The notes beneath the pieces were generated by a model. The model had not been told where the DNA came from, did not search any database, and saw only the letters and a program-made list of their open reading frames with translations. This document shows, piece by piece, positions 50,284 to 62,615 of a stretch of 64,000 nucleotides of DNA (positions are counted from its first letter, which is position 1; each line of letters begins with the position of its first letter). The stretch covers positions 12,597,285 through 12,661,284 of the forward strand of contig MU056358.1 of the NCBI GenBank assembly GCA_013239625.1, in the 5' to 3' direction. This stretch comes from Lama guanicoe. Taxonomy: Eukaryota. The position numbers and the translations under genes are program-made.

Positions 50284-50547
50284 CTGAGTGCTTCTACTCC
50301 CAGGCCCACATGGAACACAAGCCTCCTTGCCATAGACCTGATGAATGGACAGGTAGGTGTCAGGGGGACACTCCTTGCACTGGTTGGTTTCTTTCTCAAT
50401 GTAGTGGCCTGGGGGGCAGGGGACACACGATGAGCCCGACTGTTCAGAACCGAGGGCACAGGCACGGCATGAGGACGCCACCCCATCAACTGCATTAGTG
50501 GCAGTGACAGAATAAATCTTCACCAAGTCATTGACGAACCGTCTGTT
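50284..50547 (-). CDS. ELAPOR2: ELAPOR2 coding exon (Cys-rich repeats)
   Basis: tttttag|AAC AGA CGG ... ACT CAG|gtaagt; 264 nt; NRRFVNDLVKIYSVTATNAVDGVASSCRACALGSEQSGSSCVPCPPGHYIEKETNQCKECPPDTYLSIHQVYGKEACVPCGPGSRSTQ. Confidence 0.97.
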
Positions 50548-52105
50548 CTAAAAAGGAAGCAGAGAGTGATGACTTCTGCCTTGGGGCGCAGTTGTACAAC
50601 CAGATTGTTTTCTGTTGATACCATCAAAATTATTAAGCTGAGTGTTCCAGCCCAACAGACTATAATTGACAATGGATTAATATTATTCCTTTTTGCATCT
50701 TTTTTTTTTAAAAAAACTTAAATCTTAATACTAGAAGGTAACTTTTATAGCAATGGAGTTCCAGGAGTTCTGCCACAACCACCATAAGATTATGTCAGAA
50801 CTGGTACAAATTCAGGCATATGTACAGACTTAATGTCTGGAAGAACTAATACGATTTAACAAAAGAGCAACCTTATCTCCCATCACTGTTTACTCAGACA
50901 TATGCCTAAATGTACTGATACAGTAGGATGTCTGCAGCGTGGCAAGGTGCAAAAGACTTAGACTAGGGATTTAAAAGGCTTAGAGTAGGACTCTGGTCCT
51001 CACCCAAACACATACGGTGTGATCTTGATGCAATCACACCATTTCTTTGGGCTTCCTCTCTCTCTCTCCCTCGAGCACTTTTCTTAACCAACATAGTCTG
51101 ATTTCTGCTGAAGGGATATATAACAGAGAGTGAAAAGTAAATCTCCAGCATCTTGCTTTACTTCTCCTTCTCCTTCTTATGACACTGGGTCAATTAAGGT
51201 CTAGTTTTCATCAGGTGGTGAGCATCAACATATCATTAGAGAGTGGCGTTGCTGTAAGCTACTTAATGTTTTCTGTCTAGGGCAAAGACAAAAGGGAGGT
51301 GAGGAAGACTTCCATAGCATGTTCACGCCCTATGCAGTGGGAATCTGAACAGAACTTCTAGAGTCAAGTAAAATCTTCAGAATGGGTTCCCCCGTGACAG
51401 CCTAAAGGGAAAAGAGAAAATGCTTCACAAGTGCTTGCCACCATTGTTTTAAGGCAGCTTCTGTAAAAGTGATTTACCTTGATCTCACCCTAAGAAGGTC
51501 ATGTCAATGGAGATCCACAAAAATAATACAAAAATAAGGTGTAATTGAAGCATACAATAGAAATCACTTAGGAGAGGATTAAGGTCTACTCTAGCAGGGA
51601 AAGTAAAAGAGAATGAACAGTTACGTGTGCTAACCCAATTGTGTGTACATACATACTCTCCAGGATGTAAAAGGAGAAGTAATTACTGTAATGGAATAAT
51701 AACCAACACCAGTTAATGGCTCCTGGACAAATGTCAGATCATTCAGGCAAGAAGAAGATAGTCACCAGCCTCTCCAAAGTCTCAGAAAGCTTTAAAAGTT
51801 TTAAAATAATTACAAACTCTGATTTCCTATCTCTTAAGCTTTTAGCCACTATATTTGTTCAAAGTGTCAAAAGATGCAAAGATACATTGTGTTATTTCAT
51901 TTCATACATTCTTGTTCTCAAAACACAAATCAAAAAAATATCATTTTTATACCAATCCACGCCATAACCAAAAGATCGATTCCATATCAGTAAGAAGCTA
52001 ACTCTTTTTCTCCAGGAGACTGGAGTAATCACTTTGCACAAATGTCGAGAGAGGGCATCATTTTTGTGTTTAAAAAAAAAAAATTAAAAAGTGCTTGGAA
52101 CTTAC

Positions 52106-52243
52106 ATCTTGACCCTGATTAGTTCTCTGGAATGCCCACGTAAATGTAAAGGTGGCATTCTTGAAGATGATGTGGGTATAAGCTTGCTTTTCTTTCGTTC
52201 CACCCCATGATTCCACCACATTGGTACTTTTTCTATTAATATC
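52106..52243 (-). CDS. ELAPOR2: ELAPOR2 coding exon
   Basis: attttag|GAT ATT ... CAA GAT|gtaag; 138 nt; DINRKSTNVVESWGGTKEKQAYTHIIFKNATFTFTWAFQRTNQGQD. Confidence 0.96.
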
Positions 52244-53499
52244 CTAAAATACAGTAGAAAAAAATAAATACCAAAAAAGCACAAACTCAGTATTAATTAT
52301 ACATGTGTTTACATTACAACTGTATGTTTATATTTACAGTGAACCTTAAAGGGTTAAATGTGAATATTTATCTACAGAGCACGTAACCCTAAAACTCTCA
52401 AAGCTCCCCTTTAAGTCTATACAAAGACTCACTGGTCTCTTTCTCACTGGCCTGAAAGAGGTCTCAAGTCATAGTATGTTTTTCCTTTTGGTGAGGGGTG
52501 GGCTTCTGTGTATGTGTGTGACTCTACCTTAGGAAATACACTTCAAAGGGGAAACCTAATTCTTCAAACTTCTCACAGTAAACTTCTAGGATCATAGAAT
52601 GAAAAGGCTTTCCATTTTTATCTTTTCCCTTGAGAGACTCAGACAGGTAGCTCCAGCACAGGAATTCTAAGTTCCTCCTGAATTATACTTGCAATTTCCA
52701 GTGCAGTTTAACTAGAATGTTATTTTATGTTCATGCAATCTTTTGCTTGTACTTGAATTTCACAAAGATTAGTTTGTGAAATGTTTTATTTCTGAATTCC
52801 TGGGCCAAATTCAATATTTAGAATAGTATATAAATGTGTGACATCCCAACCAGTATGTTGTCATTAACATGGTTAGAAAGCAAATATAGTAAGTAAAGCA
52901 AATAATGTAATACACATCTAATTTGTTTGAAACGAAAACCCAAGGCTAACCCTGAACTTTCTAATTAGTCTTCTCTGCAGAAACCCTAATAGATGACTAA
53001 GGAATTTGGATAGGCCTCTGTTATCTGAGATATCGATAATCCAGTGGCATGAGCTCAAGACATGTCTCTTTCTTTCTATGATATAAACAGAGAAGTCAAG
53101 CATGCTATAAAGTAATCAGATATGCTATAAAGATACGCTCTTCAGTTCACGCTGCAGATCAAAATATCAGTGTGTGCTTGTCACACATTTTGGAATTCCC
53201 CACAATACCAGACCACCAAATCATCATACATGCCATTTCCTGAAAAGAACTCATAATATACAGATAGTGCTTTGTTAAACACCACCCTTCTGGAAGTTTA
53301 TTCCAATAATAATGGAATATATGGCACTACCGCAAATAATACCACCTTACCTTTAATTACGTAAAACACTGTATGATTTTGAAAGCATTTTGATATGCTA
53401 TTTAGGTGATGTTATCTCAAAAAAATCCTGTGCAGAGATCACAGAGTGAGGGAAAGAACCTAGCAGATACTGCTCTACGCTAAAAAACTCTTAAGATTG

Positions 53500-54350
53500 A
53501 TTTACCAAAAGAAATACATGTGATCTCTACCCTCAAGAAAGCTTGGTCAAGTGAGACAGACAAATACATGAATACATTCAAATCACTACAATAGGGTTTT
53601 CAGAGCAGACTGGAGACAGTGCTTACCCTGACTTAAGGGAGTAAGAGAATGCGTCTCAGAAGAGGTGATGTTTGAGCTGCCCTCCAAATATGGATGGGAG
53701 TTCACCAGACAAAAGGACAAAAGGAATAAAGTCATTCATTCTAGTTTAGAGTGTGTCAAGGCATTAGAAATGAAAAAGTATAGAGTGTTCCACTGACAAA
53801 TTCAAGGTGTCTAAGGAGGGGTAAGTAGTAACAGTACTTTGGAAACAGAGGCTGGGCAAAGAGTGCAAGAAGCCATACAGACGTCATGCTAAGGAATTTT
53901 ACATGTATTCATAGGCTGCTGGTTCTCAGAACCACCCTCATGGCTTGCTAAACTACAGAAGGCTGGGCCCCACCACCAGAGGTTCCCATCCAGACCAGGG
54001 TGGGGCTCAGAGACGTGCATTCCTAACAAGTTCCCAGGTGACGTTGGCGCACTTTGAGAATCACTGCCACAGGCAATAGAAAGCCACCAAAGTGAGCGGG
54101 TAGATTGTTGCAGCTGCCTCTACTCGTGTTTTTATGTTTATAAAGATAATTTTGACAGCAGCATGGATGAAAGAATAGAGATAAAACAAAGGGATGGGAG
54201 ACTACTGTTTAGAAGTAACAGTTGAGAGAGAACAGAAGTGTGCATTTCAGTAATGGATGGCACTGAGTATGAAGCGGAATTAACAGATTAAAGAAATAAA
54301 GAGGAGGGGCTGGGAGAATTGGAGGCTTGCTGGTTGTTCGTGGTGTAGCA
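53500..54350 (-). mobile_element. LINE-2 fragment containing MER5A
   Basis: agaagaggtgatgtttgagctg, gccatacagacgtcatgctaaggaattt, tttataaagataattttgacagcagcatgga. Confidence 0.65.
53918..54066. mobile_element. MER5A-like hAT MITE
   Basis: ggttctca...ctgggccccacc...tgcattcctaacaagttcccaggtga...cactttgagaatcactg. Confidence 0.8.
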
Positions 54351-55217
54351 GATGGATGTGTTAAAGGTTATCCATGACCTTTTACTACCACAACGTCTAT
54401 TTTTTTCCAGGAAAAAGTAGTCTGCCTTCATTTAAGCTATCAGTAATCATGAATAAATATTTAAATCTCCATATATCTTATGTTTCATGGAGGAAACTGT
54501 TATTGGACTGTTAATATTAACTAGCTGCTAAAAGATCATTGGGAAAAAAAGCAAAAACAAGTCATGCCTATCAAGTCACTATGTAATTATAATGCTGAAG
54601 TCGTAGCCAACAATCTTGTAAAAATACCCACGTAGGGTCTTAGTAAAATTTGTGTTGCTACTTTTCTCAAGCTAAGAGTTGAGACTTATAGGACCTTGGT
54701 GGGGGAGGGAGGGGAGATGGGCAAAACTATGACTTACAGTAAAGCCCTTTGTCTACATTTATTAATTTAAGAATTTAAGGAAGAGTTTTCTTTTTCTCAA
54801 TGCTCCCCACCTCCATTATTTTGTGCCCTCACTTATTATAACATGTTTTTCCCTCCTGATGATTTGAATTTTTGAATGGTTTCTAGGGGAGAATTTTCAC
54901 CCTGCTGGAGGCATACCCTTATGAAGGAATTTTCTACAGTATCAATATTCCCTGGCTTCTATCCATCACCCCTACACTCAGTTCTCCCCACACGAACTGA
55001 ACACTTTCTTTGTAGGCATCACTGCAATCCTTAGTGACGTTTTTGACATTTTTAAGTGTTTTTGGAAGGTCAGAAAAATGGGATTCTTAGCCCAATTGGA
55101 GGTGGATTTCTAGGATTAGCCTTCTCTTCCAAATATGTTCACATATTTGTATTCTAATAATAATATCACATATTCTAATCCTAGAAATCCACCTCCAAAC
55201 GCCACGCTTTCGCTTAC

Positions 55218-55320
55218 CACCATGAAGTACAGAACACAGTCGGCCGAACAGAGGGTCTCAAACACAAATGTTATCCTGCCCAGTTCAGTACCCATAGCTC
55301 CAGTCACAGATGTCGGCGGC
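55218..55320 (-). CDS. ELAPOR2: ELAPOR2 coding exon
   Basis: ccaatag|G CCG CCG ... ATG GTG|gtaagc; 103 nt; PPTSVTGAMGTELGRITFVFETLCSADCVLYFMV. Confidence 0.96.
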
Positions 55321-55978
55321 CTATTGGACAGATCAAAATTACAGTATTTATAGCATGTTCTAAATATAACCTGAAACAAAATTAAGTCACTTTTTTCATT
55401 AAGCTGAAAGCCACACTCTCCTCTTCCCCTGATCTACTGCTCCTGCCAACCACAACTCCTTCCTCCCCTAACCTCTGCGTGGAGTCTACACAGTCACAGG
55501 GTTAAGCTCAGATCTCCCAGTGTAAATGCTGTCCCATCCTACAGCAAGGAGAAGACTCCTGCTGAAAAATTTCAATATGAGGGACTAACCAAAATGTCAT
55601 TAAACCATTAGTAACACTACTGCCCAAATAGAACTGAGAGAAAAATAAATATAAAAGCCAAAAGATACTTCTGCTAACAACTTAAGACTAATATCTCAGA
55701 ATTAAGCATCCGGAATCATGGTTATTGTAACATCTGGACAGAATATATTCAAAAACTTTCAGCTTCATCTAAGTAATATACAATCAACAGTTATTGTTTC
55801 TCAATCACTGATTCTATAGGTATTCTTAAACATAGTACAGTATCCTATGCAGCTTGTTATTTGCTAAATACATTACAATGTTAATGTATTTTATAAAGAT
55901 AGTCCTACTTCATCTATTTCTATAGGGAAACAGGCATGAGGATTCTTACAGAAGAGAATCAGAATTGGTTTTTCTTAC

Positions 55979-56069
55979 TTAAATCCTGGGATATGCAAGT
56001 TTAAGATCAGGTAATCATTATCAGAACCTCCAGCCCCACTCTGGATATGATCTCCAGCCACCTCCCAAC
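55979..56069 (-). CDS. ELAPOR2: ELAPOR2 coding exon
   Basis: tttctag|GT TGG ... TTT AA|gtaag; 91 nt; (G)[29 protein letters not shown](K); absent from the ORF track. Confidence 0.96.
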
Positions 56070-57434
56070 CTAGAAATGATAAAAGTTATCTTTATCAATA
56101 AAAAGTTCCATTAATGACTTCCATCAATCTTTCTATATAAGGCCAAAAAAAAAAAAGAATTCCTATTTTTAAATTGCAGTTTCAAATTTCATGAAGAGCT
56201 AGACTCTTAGATACTAATAAAAACGTTGCATATGATTCTCCAGGAAGAATCAAGTAATGCATATTTTTGCATACATGTTATTTAACAGTAAAATTAATAA
56301 TAGTTTTCTCAGTGAGGCATGATTACTTTTTAACTAATACAGATGATCTTTACCCATTTTAATATATTAAGATGGAAAATCCCAATCTTCAAGCAACCAA
56401 TGGAAATAGACACTTCAAATTACTTAATGAAGATGCAGGGTCTGGAGTTCTTTCCTACAGTTTGTTGTACTGTTGTTCCCTAATTAACCCCTGTTCTGCA
56501 TTCCTTCACTTATTCATTCACTCAGCTGGCATTCACTGAGTACCACGAACCATGACATACACCAGGGTTAGAAAGACATGACTGGGTGAGGGTGGCCTCA
56601 CTGAGGAATCAGCAGACTACGAGAGACACAGCTGACAACTGTCAACAGTATAGGGTGACAGAGATGCACAAAGCAAGTGATGTGAGGTTCATCCCCTGCA
56701 CAGAAACAATGAGCATGCCAGGGTCTGGCACAGCCCCTGTAAAATGAGGAAGGGAGAAGCACCCCACACACCATCAAGCAAGGCTATTAACAAATGGCAA
56801 TGCCTCAGCACCAACACGTCCGCCGCCATAAGAAAATGCCAACATCTGCTACTTCAATAGGTGTGAGAGAAACTGGGGAAGAGATTTGTATCATCAGTGC
56901 TATCCTGGTGATGTAGCAAGTTTTGAAATGTTATGATCGACAGTTCATAGAGGTGATATGTGGAATATACATAATTCAAGCTAGTTCTAAAAATGATACG
57001 TACTAACCTACTTGAGGATGAGAGAAACGCCAATTGTTCTGCCAATCTAAAGGTTCATGTGGCTGAAAAGAGACATAAGCAGGTCCTAATCACCTTCTAA
57101 TGCAGTGGGATACCAAGCCTTTGACTGCAGTGTAAGTAATGTGAAAGGCTTTTAGGTTTAGAGAGACAGCGAACTTGTGGCTAGGGGTCTTAGGGAGAGC
57201 AATACTCCCATGTGGAGGAATTCTATACGTAGAAAGGGAAGACTTATAAATGTTTGTCTAAGATCACTTCCCAATGTTCAGCTATGTCACCGGGACAGAA
57301 GGAGGGATGGAATCTCAGACAAGGCCAAAGAAAAGAAAGCAGTGCATGAATAACAAGCCAGGTTGGTTTGGAGGGGACTAGAATCCTTGCAAGAAGACAC
57401 AAACATTCCCATGTTTGAACATGACCTGCTGTCA

Positions 57435-57872
57435 AGTATTAATGTATCCTCCCTGCCTCAAAACATACATTGAAGTCCTAAATCCCCAGTATTTCCAAAT
57501 GGACCTCATTTGGAAATAGTCTCTGCAAATATAATCAAGTTAAGACGAGGTCGCTAGGGTAATTAATCCAATATGACTGGTGTTCTTATGAGATGAGGGA
57601 AATTCAGACACAGACACACAGGGAGAAGATCATGTGAAGACAGACACACAGACACAAGGAGAAGATGGGGAGAGAGACTAGAGTCACATTGCCACAAGCC
57701 AAGGAATGTCTGGAGCTCCAGGAGCTAGAAGAGGCAAAGAAGGTCTTCCCACAGAGGCTTTGGAAGGAACATGGCCCTGCCAATGCCTGGGTTCCAGACT
57801 TCTAGACTCCAGAACTGGGAGAGTGGAAATTTCTCTTGGTTTAATGTTTTAGCCCAGTTTGTTGCAGCAACT
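57435..57872 (+). mobile_element. MaLR solo LTR (MLT1B/C-like)
   Basis: gaagtcctaaatccccagta...tttggaaatag...taatccaatatgactggtgttctt...ccacaagccaaggaatg...gacttctagactccagaactg; short internal tandem duplication agacacagacacacagggagaagat. Confidence 0.88.
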
Positions 57873-57949
57873 TTGCCTTTCGCTTTTTCCCTCAGAATGA
57901 ATCCCACATTTTCCATGTTTCTATACATAATTTATATTTTAAGATTTAT

Positions 57950-59100
57950 TTTTCTTTGCTTTTAGAAATCATATTTATATGTATTACAAAATTTTAAAAG
58001 CCACAGAAAAACTTAAATATGAAAATGAAACTTACTTACAAACTCATCACCCAGGAAAAAACCACCGCTAACATTTTGAGGTGTTCCTTTTCACTATCTT
58101 TTGATGCATATATGCTTTTACATCACTGAGATACTATTGTTGATGACACTTTGTATCATAGTTTTATAAATTAACATCACTGCATAAGGATTTTTATGTA
58201 TAAATACTGCATCAACCTGCTAATGACTGAATTAACAGTTTATCATGTAGATAAATATAATTAATTCCCATAATTTACTAAATCACTCACACTATAGGAC
58301 TTGCCCGTGGACCACACATCCAATGTAACCACTGGGACTGTTCTACCTTTTAGCTAGTATAAGTGACACTATAATGAACATATTTTTGGTAAAGATTTTC
58401 TGTATTTTTTCAGAAAAGAATCCCAGTGACATAATTATTGGGTCAAATAAATATATTTTTAAACCAATATTTTGTAATGTTATTCTAATTTTGAAAGCAA
58501 TGTGTATCCATGAATAATATTTATTGAATACAATAAACTAAATGAAAAAAATAAAGTAATTCAGACTTCTCAGAAACTTCCCACCCTCAAGTGATAAACT
58601 CAACATTTCAGTGTATTTCTTTTCACTCTTTTTCTTGTGCATAATTTTCTTAAAAACGTAACTTAGGCTTTACTGTAATCTACTTTATTTTCTGCTTTTT
58701 TATGTAACACTATCTTCTCACTTTTCTAATTATCATTTTATCAAAAATATTTCCCCATTAAAAATCCTTTCTATATCTAGTGTTAAGGAGTTAACAATAT
58801 GTTGTATGTTATATCATCAATACGTTATAATTTTATTTATTCAGACTTCATTGTTGAAAACATTGTTTTCTCTTATTTTTGACTCTCATTAATAACACTA
58901 AAATTAACATATTTGGAAATAATTTCTTTATGTCACATTATTTCTTTGGTATAAATTCCCAGAAGTGGAATTACTGGGTTGGAGAATGAGAACACTCACA
59001 ATTCTTGAAACACTGCCAAATTGTTTTCCGTATGGCTGTCACTTCTAATGATTATACAACATTTCATCCAATTAGTACAGCATAACTTTTGTAAATAGTA
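57950..59100 (-). mobile_element. Ancient L1 (L1ME-like) remnants
   Basis: AT-rich; ataaattcccagaagtggaattactgggt...tgccaaattgtttt and caccgctaacattttg motifs. Confidence 0.55.
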
Positions 59101-59703
59101 TTTTCTTGCAGGAATTTATAGATTATGTCAATTTCTGTTATTATAGGTAATGTTCATTGAAAAGCTTCATGATTAAACAGTAACTTGTTCTCAACTCAGA
59201 ATTCCTCTTAGGGAAAATTCCAATACCAGATGTACTTCTACAAACTTGCTCCACAACTGTGGTAAATTCAGACTGAGAATATAAAAGAACTCCAAAGCAC
59301 TCCAAGTCACAGTTAAGCTGGTCAAAGTGCATCCACTTTAATTCCATGATGGGGCAACTACTCCATGAGACAGGTGACCCTGGGCCTCTCGCTTTGACCC
59401 CAGGGTTTTGAGTGCTGCTCTTCTCATGGCTGGTGACTGAACCACTCCTCACAAAAATATACATCACCTTGTATCTTTTTGTATTTTTCAAATTTCTGCT
59501 TGCTAGTTCAATATCACATACCAATACTGCAGACATGTACACTTAATAACAGATCATTTCTGAAAATTAGCCAAAATTTAAATGATAGCCTCTAAGTGAG
59601 TGAGCAAGCAGGTAAATTGAATACTATCATGAGCATTAGACTAAGAATAACTTCTTTAAAAGATCAAATAAAAGTTTCAGATAATCTTTACTAGTAAGTG
59701 AAT

Positions 59704-59727
59704 ACACACACACACACACACACACAT
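59704..59727 (+). repeat. (AC)n microsatellite
   Basis: About 12 AC units. Confidence 0.9.
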
Positions 59728-60793
59728 TGATGCTTTCATCAACACATTCCCATTCTTATTTTTCCAATGTCTTACACTTTCTCAACTTGGAATTCAACCA
59801 TAGGATCTTTCTGGAACATAAACCCTTATGGCTAGGTAATAACTACTCTGTTTTTTTCCTCCTTCTCCTTTAGGATAAATTCCTTAAAGCAGGATTATTA
59901 GTCTATAAAGAGAACTATTCCATAATGTTCTTGGCATATGAAGGCTTTTTTTTTTCACACATCTGTTTAACTAGAATTATTCAAGAACCTATTACTTGTC
60001 AATATGTGTATCCCTCACTTCCTACACCCTAAGCCTGTTAATTTTGGATAGTGCTGACTTAAAATAGATGCAATTGAAAAACATTTTTTAACAATGATCA
60101 ACTATAATATTGAGAAAAATGAACAGATTAAAAAATGCCAATGAGTTTATGAAAGTAAAGGGTATATTGTGGTGTAAAACCCTAGTATTTAAATAGATGT
60201 TAACCTATTTCCAGTGTCAAGTTTAAAAATACAAACATAGATATTGTCATTCATTCAACCAACAAATATTGCAGAATAGCCAAGTGCTAGGCTCTCTGTG
60301 CATTTAAAATATTAGAAAAAAATATAATTCAGCAACCACCCTATAGAACTCTGCCAAGTCTTCAGTAAGTGAGGTTCACATACTTTGTAAACACTTCATA
60401 GGCAAGGGGAGTTAGAGATGATGTGACCCCTCACCATGGCCCAGTGCTGGGCCAGACCGAACCAATCCAGGCAGAAACGCTTTCACACAGTGGTATGTAT
60501 ACAGGATGACTCTTTCAAGTGGCAAAGAACATAAATGTCATTACCTCCCTTGGTGATCTATTCTGGTATTTATAAAAACCATAGTGACCCTCCATATCTA
60601 CTTCAAAACTGACTCTAAAAATAGTTTATATTCTTACAGGAAAGTCATGTGGCTATGACATCGCATTCACTATTTTTATATGAGGGCTGGAGGACAGGCA
60701 AGCAGTCAGATGACAAGAGGTTCCTCATACCCATGTACTTAGTGTGTTTTCAGACAGGTTCAAATGCACTGAGTAGGCTGATTCTGAACTCAC

Positions 60794-60922
60794 CATTCAT
60801 TCCGTCACACTTGGAATTCCCAACATTGAAGCAGGAGGTTTTCATATTGCCAGGAAGGACATTCCACCACTTATATTCAAACCCCAGTGCAGGCTCTGTC
60901 CCTGCTGGGCACGGTCTACATT
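60794..60922 (-). CDS. ELAPOR2: ELAPOR2 coding exon
   Basis: cctgtag|AA TGT ... AAT G|gtgagt; 129 nt; CRPCPAGTEPALGFEYKWWNVLPGNMKTSCFNVGNSKCDGMN. Confidence 0.97.
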
Positions 60923-61700
60923 CTACAGGAGGCAAGTGGGGCAAACAATCACAATTAAACTGCATCTGGACAATTTCCTCTTCCTCTGTTCCAAGCACTA
61001 CTCAACTGTAATTAGCAGAGAGGTAAGTGGGAAGGACAGGTATTAAACCATCAATTCCCTTAAGAGTTAACGTTTTCCAGAACAATCTGGAAAGAAAAAT
61101 CATTCTGGATAGAGTATATCCATATATACTCGGACAAGGAAAAGAACACAGAATCGTTTAAAATAAATGTTCCTTTCATTTCTGGGAGTAACTGCTAATA
61201 CTGAATTCCTCTGCATATGAAGAGTCATTCTGAAACAAGTTCTCTTCTATGTCAATTTAGAATCAGTTTCCTCCACCTTATAAATAAGGAAATATTCCAC
61301 TATTTCTATTAGTTATTAAACTTTACAGAATAGTATACCACTTAATTACAGACTGATTATTTGAAATTCAAAATATTGGCTATACTGGAAAGTGATGATG
61401 GAAGTTGAAGGGTGGGGAAATGGTTATATTTATAAATAAATCTGATTTAAATTAACATCCACAACATTGACATACAAAGGTTTTTTTATGACCACTTTTG
61501 AATTTAGCCAAGACACTTTGCATTATCACATCAGCAAGAGAACAGGTAGAGAGAGAAAATGTTCATCGAGCAAGAATCTCCTGGTACCAAAGTCCTACAG
61601 AAGACATTTTTACACACCCTGCTTGATAACCACAAGCTAGCCATATTCAAGTAAGATACCTGCAACAAAAATGCACTGTAATCTTTGTCTAATAAAAATT

Positions 61701-61878
61701 AAAAAAATTTTTTTAATTTCTCTTTCTCCATTTTATTTTTATTTATTCATTTATTTTTGGTCGGGGAGACGTAATTAGGTTTATTTGTTTACTTAATTTT
61801 AATGGAAGTACTAGAGATTGAACCCAGGACCTCATGCATGCTATGCATGTACTCTACCACTGAGCTATATCCTCCCCC
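61701..61878 (-). mobile_element. tRNA-derived camelid SINE (Vic-1 type) with target-site duplication
   Basis: Reverse complement gggggaggatatagctcagtggtagagtacatgcatagcatgcatgaggtcctgggttcaatctctagtacttcc plus tail; flanked by tgtctaataaaaatt (61686-61700) and tgcctaacaaaatt (61879-61892). Confidence 0.88.
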
Positions 61879-62386
61879 TGCCTAACAAAATTAAAACAAA
61901 TTCTATAACCACTTTCTTTATTTGTTAAGTGTTAAATTTTCCCCAAATATACACTTTGAAACAATCTACTTAGGGACTATTTTAATTGCCATCTGATCAA
62001 AATAATCAATTTTTTCTATTATTATAGCATAAATTGTGATTACTCCAAAGCTGAAATAGAAGTTATATTTTATGCTTGCATTAATATATGTGCACATACA
62101 CACACTAGAAAAGGAGTGCTTATCCTTAATCACATAAATTGGTGAAATTTTTTTATAAATACCCGAGAGACATCCCATTAAGAGAGTGTTAGTTACACAA
62201 AATGCCATGAAACACTGCAGTCTCATAATCCCCTTACCATACTTCTTAACTTGTCTTCAGTCTGTGAGATAAGAAAATTATGTATTTTAAAGAACTTTCC
62301 ACAGAAACAATTTAGAACAAATGTCAACGTGGTCTAACAAGATGATTTTACTAAAGGTCCAATTCTTGACTCAAATGACACCCTAC

Positions 62387-62418
62387 CCTTTGTTCCATCT
62401 GAAAACGTTCCAGGAGGA
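62387..62418 (-). CDS. ELAPOR2: ELAPOR2 exon (14th from the end), only its 3' part visible
   Basis: PPGTFSDGTK then G|gtaggg donor; the rest of the exon lies in the N-gap 62419-62615; phase 1 joins the next exon to give GAA (E). Confidence 0.9.
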
Positions 62419-62615
62419 NNNNNNNNNNNNNNNNNNNNNNNNNNNNNNNNNNNNNNNNNNNNNNNNNNNNNNNNNNNNNNNNNNNNNNNNNNNNNNNNNN
62501 NNNNNNNNNNNNNNNNNNNNNNNNNNNNNNNNNNNNNNNNNNNNNNNNNNNNNNNNNNNNNNNNNNNNNNNNNNNNNNNNNNNNNNNNNNNNNNNNNNNN
62601 NNNNNNNNNNNNNNN
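62419..62615. other. Assembly gap (197 N) overlapping an ELAPOR2 exon
   Basis: N run directly adjoining the PPGTFSDGTK codons. Confidence 0.99.

Noticed and set aside
59141-59542. 133-aa ORF on the ELAPOR2 strand
   Set aside because: The flanking exons already join in phase and the peptide is not ELAPOR-like
61795-61878. tRNA-like sequence as a tRNA gene
   Set aside because: It has an A-rich tail, a TSD and a second copy in the window, so it is a SINE head
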